Origin: Leptolyngbyaceae cyanobacterium
GTDB lineage: Bacteria > Cyanobacteriota > Cyanobacteriia > Phormidesmidales > Phormidesmidaceae
Assembly: GCA_965263355.1 (NCBI GenBank)
Contig: CBDHHL010000029.1
Location: 1-64,000, forward strand
Direction of reading: 5' to 3'
Length of the DNA stretch: 64,000 nt
Notes under the pieces: model-generated
What the model was told of the DNA's origin: nothing
The model's input: the letters and a program-made list of their open reading frames with translations, nothing else
Databases searched by the model: none
Translations under genes and position numbers: made by a program
Part shown: positions 59,850 to 64,000 of the stretch, one piece after another
Position numbering within the stretch: the stretch's first letter is position 1
Layout of the letters: each line of letters begins with the position of its first letter

Positions 59850-61937
59850 TCAAAAATATCTAATCCTGCTTCCGCCAACTGGGCCGCGTGGAAGTGCCAA
59901 TATCCGCTTATCCCATTGTGTTCGCATCGCAGTCCAGTTAGGAGGGGTGATTGATCGATTGCTTCCAATGCTGCCCACCCCAGTCCCCCCAGATCGGCTT
60001 AGATCGCCCTGAAGAATATTGCCTGAAAACTGCGGGTCTTCCTGATAGCTGTTGTCATCGAGCAGAGCTTTACCCAGGCTGTTCCAGTTGGTTAGCCCAT
60101 TGTATTGGACGTTGTCGATTAGCACGCTCGGAGTACTGTCTGTACTGTCCCACAAAATATTGTTGTCGGCGGTTATGAAGTCGCCTGTGTTGACCGCTTC
60201 GTAGAGGTTCCCGTCGCCTTGCAGGATGCTGTCCCTGATGTCTGGCAGGCTAAATGCAAATGAGCCGGTGTGATATTTCACTACAGGCTCATTGTCCAGC
60301 TGCGTCGTGGTGACATTCCTAACTGTAGTAGTCCCGTTTCTGCCCCAAAACAAAGCCGTATCCACACTAGTCAGTGAGCCTACAACGGCGTTGCGGACTG
60401 TTGTGTTTGCAGTAGCTGAGTTTAAATTATTCCTGACGATGTATCCGTCAGTGCCCCCATTGATAGCCATGAGCCCATCAACCTCTATCGACTCGTGCCC
60501 AGAGAGTACAACCTGAACGTAACCATCAAAATAGCAATCTTGGATGTCCAGCTCTTCGCAGTCGTCAGCTTGAACTCCTCGCGTCCCGTTCAGTGCATAG
60601 CAATCTTTGACCAATAGTTTTTTGAGATCATCAGTCCCATTACTGGCATGGCAAAAGAAACTAGCGCCCGTACTGAGTGTATTGGGCGAATCTACAACGC
60701 AGCCTAGATAGGCATTCAACGCGGGCTCGTCATTGCTGCTTTTGAATATGACAGCAGGAGTACTAGACGGGATGCGAGAGTCGTTAACAATATGATCTTT
60801 GTAAAAGGCGCAATTCTCGAATATGCCCGATCCGATTTGCGCAAAATGGCTGTTCCCAAACTTAAAAAGACAATTTCTTACAATTGTCCCTCTAGCCGTA
60901 AAATACAGAGCGCCATTATCTCCAGTAGCAGTATCAATCTGGAAGCCATCAACGATGGACCCGTCGCCAGCGTTGTGAAACGCATACTGCCTAACCCCAC
61001 ACTCATAGACTTTCCCATTAGTGCGGACATCAGAGCTGTCAGAAGCGTGGATATACAGTGGAATTGTTGCTGCTGAGTTGGCATTTACATTGTCATGACC
61101 GGTGTATGTATAACTCCCCGCAGTCGTTTGACATGTCGCCACATCAGCCACGTACGTCAGTAGTTCGTCGTCCTCGATAACAATTGGGAACGATTCAATT
61201 GCAGTGATCGTGTGACTGATGTTGATCGTCCATGCATTACTGCTGGCATCGCTGAAGTTGGCGTTAGTCAGCACGTCAGCCGTTGTGACTCGCGGCAGTG
61301 GCCTGTCAGTTGATTCAGCCCGAATTGTTAGCCGTTTCCCGCCAAGATCACATTCCTCCCTAAAGGTGCTGTTGGTGCCATCAGCCGTATTGCGGACAAT
61401 AATGGTGTCTCCGTCAGACGATGCCGCAATCGCCGCTGAAATAGTGGCATAAGGAGCATAGTAATTCCCTGCTATCCCATCAGTAAAACTATCGTTGCCA
61501 ATAGCAGCGCTGACAAACACTGCAGTAGAGTCAATATTCAACGTCGCTTCTACTGCTGCTGTGGGGGCTGTAATCGTAAAGCTGCCAGTGAAGTCAGTGT
61601 CATCATCGCCTGCAATTTTTGTCCCCCCAATAATGCTGGCCGCTTCCCAGTTGACCAGCACGTCGGTCGCGGAGTTATTGAGTAGCGTGGCCTTATGAGT
61701 GGGGCTGATTAGTGCAGACCATTCTTGCTTGTTTGCGTTGTCGACAACCTTGGTCAATCCGTCGCCTTCAGTTAATTTTACGACTTGAGAACCAGCTGTG
61801 AGGGTTAATTCGAACCCAGCATTTAGTAATGAATCTTCTGTTTTGCGGACAAGGAAAACTTTTTTGCTGCCATATCGCCAACTGACGATAGACCCGTTGA
61901 ACAATTTATCGGCATCAGTGCAGACCATTAACAACAA
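59850..61937 (-). CDS. Beta-helix (pectate-lyase-fold-like) virion/depolymerase-type protein
   Basis: PYATISAAIAASSDGDTIIVR cap motif; repeated VRNC / FENC / IQDC strands; DPQF near C-terminus. Confidence 0.6.
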   Translation of the reverse strand: MLLMVCTDADKLFNGSIVSWRYGSKKVFLVRKTEDSLLNAGFELTLTAGSQVVKLTEGDGLTKVVDNANKQEWSALISPTHKATLLNNSATDVLVNWEAASIIGGTKIAGDDDTDFTGSFTITAPTAAVEATLNIDSTAVFVSAAIGNDSFTDGIAGNYYAPYATISAAIAASSDGDTIIVRNTADGTNSTFREECDLGGKRLTIRAESTDRPLPRVTTADVLTNANFSDASSNAWTINISHTITAIESFPIVIEDDELLTYVADVATCQTTAGSYTYTGHDNVNANSAATIPLYIHASDSSDVRTNGKVYECGVRQYAFHNAGDGSIVDGFQIDTATGDNGALYFTARGTIVRNCLFKFGNSHFAQIGSGIFENCAFYKDHIVNDSRIPSSTPAVIFKSSNDEPALNAYLGCVVDSPNTLSTGASFFCHASNGTDDLKKLLVKDCYALNGTRGVQADDCEELDIQDCYFDGYVQVVLSGHESIEVDGLMAINGGTDGYIVRNNLNSATANTTVRNAVVGSLTSVDTALFWGRNGTTTVRNVTTTQLDNEPVVKYHTGSFAFSLPDIRDSILQGDGNLYEAVNTGDFITADNNILWDSTDSTPSVLIDNVQYNGLTNWNSLGKALLDDNSYQEDPQFSGNILQGDLSRSGGTGVGSIGSNRSITPPNWTAMRTQWDKRILALPRGPVGGSRIRYF

Positions 61938-62212
61938 TCCTCCGCTAATAGATCGGGTTCAGCGTCAAGCGCTGATGTCATAGGCTCAACTCCCACAAAA
62001 AAGCTGATCGGATCTCCTGCTATGGCAGCAATTCCAGGGCCATTGTCCAAAACGAATAACAGCGGGCTTCCGTCAGCAGCTAGCAGTTTTGGAGCGCATA
62101 TGACGCGGTTGTCGAAGGCAGCGATAAAATCTCCCAGGATTCCCCGAGAGATAGTACTCAGTCCGCCGAAGCCAACACCCCTTCTGATTGTACTTAATCC
62201 GTTTGGCATCAT
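61928..62212 (-). CDS. Small hypothetical protein
   Basis: Overlaps both neighbours; internal GLSTIxRG repeat. Confidence 0.5.
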   Translation of the reverse strand: MMPNGLSTIRRGVGFGGLSTISRGILGDFIAAFDNRVICAPKLLAADGSPLLFVLDNGPGIAAIAGDPISFFVGVEPMTSALDAEPDLLAEDCC

Positions 62213-64000
62213 GCCCCCTGCACTGTGTAACTATCACTCCCGTTGTCTGTGATAGTAGTTGACCCGTCGCCGTCACTGACCGTGATTGCCGTTGGCGTGT
62301 GTGTCGCTGTTACGCCAGCAACCAACCCTAGTTGTTTGGCCATAGGGCGGGTGTGACCAAGGATTAAACCCACATTTGATTGGATCGTGGAGATGTCGAT
62401 CAGATCGTTGGGCGCTTGTCCAGCTGCATAGCCCCCAACCGTGACCGTGCCCCCCATGGACCCGGTCGTTACTTGCCCGCTACCGTCAATAGCCAGTAGG
62501 GCAAAGTTGCTTGGGAAAGCCTGAGTGAGACTATAGCCGGATTTATCATTGTTGGTGGCCACGACAACTTGGTCCGACGCGTGGTTGAACGTACTTAACC
62601 CAGACACGTCAGCAGTGGTCCATGAGGCATTGCCTTGAGTGAGAATGCTGTTTATATCGCTCGTCAACTCTGCTCGCGTTGGGGGATTATAGGCATTCAA
62701 TGATGCGGTCGCAGCCGTTTGAACATCAACGCTGGAGAGGTTATTGAATGATGCCGGGAATGTAACGCCTGTAACACCCCCTACATTGCCTGAAACGGAT
62801 CCAGTGGTGGTCACATTGGCAACCGTATCCGCAGCAGGGTCAAAATAATCTGCTGAAGCCAGCGTGCGGGCGTTAAACTCAGACACTGTTGGAATATCTC
62901 CTAGCTGAGTGTCTAAATTAGCAGACGACAGGCCAACGGCTGTTCTGATATCTGCCTGAGATATGTTGTTAAGTGCTGAAATCGATGCGGGGATATCTGT
63001 TCCAGTGTTGGCAAGAATGGCAGCTAGTTGAGTGCTGTTGGCGTCTATCTCGGCCCGTACGTCAGCAGCGCTGTGGGTGCTGAAGCCAGTAGCTTTAAAT
63101 GCGTCCTCTCGGCTTGAACTGGTGAAATAAGTGTAGATTGTGGCGGCATCATCTCCACCCCCACCTCCTGATGGGGCCTGCTCAAGAGCATTTGCTGTGA
63201 ATCGGTAAATCACTCCGTCTAGTTCCGTCAGGTCATCCAGCTTTGCCAAAGTGGCGGACTCCCCCGATGTCAGCCCGCTCACGCCTGTCTCGACGGTAGC
63301 GCCTGTCCCTAAGGCAAGGGCATTGAAAGCAATGCCACCACTACCTGTTTGTGGCTGGGCCAGAAGAGACGAGCCGTCGATTGTCCTCGCAATTCCTCCA
63401 ACGATAGCTAATGGGGTAGAGCTGATGTTGTCAAATTGAAGGTTTTTAAGATCAAACGTCCTGAGGTTTACTGCGGTGAATGTGTCAGCGTTCACTAGCC
63501 GTATCCCGGATTCGGTCGACGTAACAAACACTCCCCAGGCGTATAGATCTTGCCAAATAGCAATCCCATCGGAGTCATTTGAATTTACTTGGAGCTTCCC
63601 GCCCCCGCCTTCCAAGACAAGGCCATAAACAGAGGATAAAGAGGAGCCATCGTTAGTAGGTGTAACGCTTGTCACACCTACTCCGCTTGCGTTTTTGATT
63701 TCTCCATCTAACTCCAGGTTGGTCAGGCTGATTATTCTGTTGTGAATCGTATCGACTTCGCTAGAAACGTTGACAACTTGAGGGTCGGACACTCCAGCAG
63801 TCGCGCTCCAAGTAAACCGCTGGATAAATAATGGGGTTGCCATTGTTGTTCCGCTGTTATCCCAATAGATAGCCTTTCTTAGTACGCTAGTACCATTAGA
63901 AAGAGACAGTGTTTGAAATACGCCACTACCGCCACTCACTGATGCGTTATACAGCTCAGTCTCAGCAGCTGCTGTAAAGACAGAGCCGCTACTATCTGTT
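62209..64000 (-). CDS. Large T/S/G/A-rich structural protein; 5' end lies beyond window
   Basis: Frame stays open upstream of the track start 63939 to the edge (TDSSGSVFTAAAETELYNAS). Confidence 0.65.
   Translation of the reverse strand, partial: TDSSGSVFTAAAETELYNASVSGGSGVFQTLSLSNGTSVLRKAIYWDNSGTTMATPLFIQRFTWSATAGVSDPQVVNVSSEVDTIHNRIISLTNLELDGEIKNASGVGVTSVTPTNDGSSLSSVYGLVLEGGGGKLQVNSNDSDGIAIWQDLYAWGVFVTSTESGIRLVNADTFTAVNLRTFDLKNLQFDNISSTPLAIVGGIARTIDGSSLLAQPQTGSGGIAFNALALGTGATVETGVSGLTSGESATLAKLDDLTELDGVIYRFTANALEQAPSGGGGGDDAATIYTYFTSSSREDAFKATGFSTHSAADVRAEIDANSTQLAAILANTGTDIPASISALNNISQADIRTAVGLSSANLDTQLGDIPTVSEFNARTLASADYFDPAADTVANVTTTGSVSGNVGGVTGVTFPASFNNLSSVDVQTAATASLNAYNPPTRAELTSDINSILTQGNASWTTADVSGLSTFNHASDQVVVATNNDKSGYSLTQAFPSNFALLAIDGSGQVTTGSMGGTVTVGGYAAGQAPNDLIDISTIQSNVGLILGHTRPMAKQLGLVAGVTATHTPTAITVSDGDGSTTITDNGSDSYTVQGA

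Larger units (their letters stand above)
1..64000. mobile_element. Temperate cyanophage / prophage-like element spanning the entire window
   Basis: Terminase, portal, tail, tape measure, SSB/ERF, RusA, DnaB and serine integrase genes are spread throughout; no host core genes; many HIP1 sites. Confidence 0.92.

Noticed and set aside
59846..59968. N-terminal extension of the methyltransferase in the track
   Set aside because: Overlaps the upstream gene; the family-typical start is MELNQVIQGD at 59845

Overview
The whole window looks like a temperate, long-tailed (siphovirus-like) phage or phage-like element of a cyanobacterium. At least 14 HIP1 GCGATCGC sites were counted by eye, and no host housekeeping genes, rRNA or tRNA were seen. 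Recognisable modules: portal (runs off the left edge), TerL, TerS; a ParB/DUF4417-like cluster; RecD2 plus a replication initiator; neck and tail genes, with a -1 frameshifted tail chaperone, a tape measure and tail proteins; an accessory membrane-protein/P-loop ATPase cluster; an SSB/ERF early operon facing a RusA/initiator/DnaB operon; an internal large serine integrase; FHA and PAS-EAL signalling genes; a DNA methyltransferase; and large structural genes running off the right edge. The most notable feature is a compact type V-like CRISPR locus at about 53.4-56.0 kb. It has a 564-aa TnpB-family RuvC protein with all three catalytic acids, an overlapping RHH regulator, a divergently transcribed GNRA-rich structured RNA, a perfect 19-nt anti-repeat, and an array of five 37-bp repeats plus a degenerate terminal copy. 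No cas1/cas2 and no tnpA were seen. All calls come from reading motifs by eye; no database search was run.
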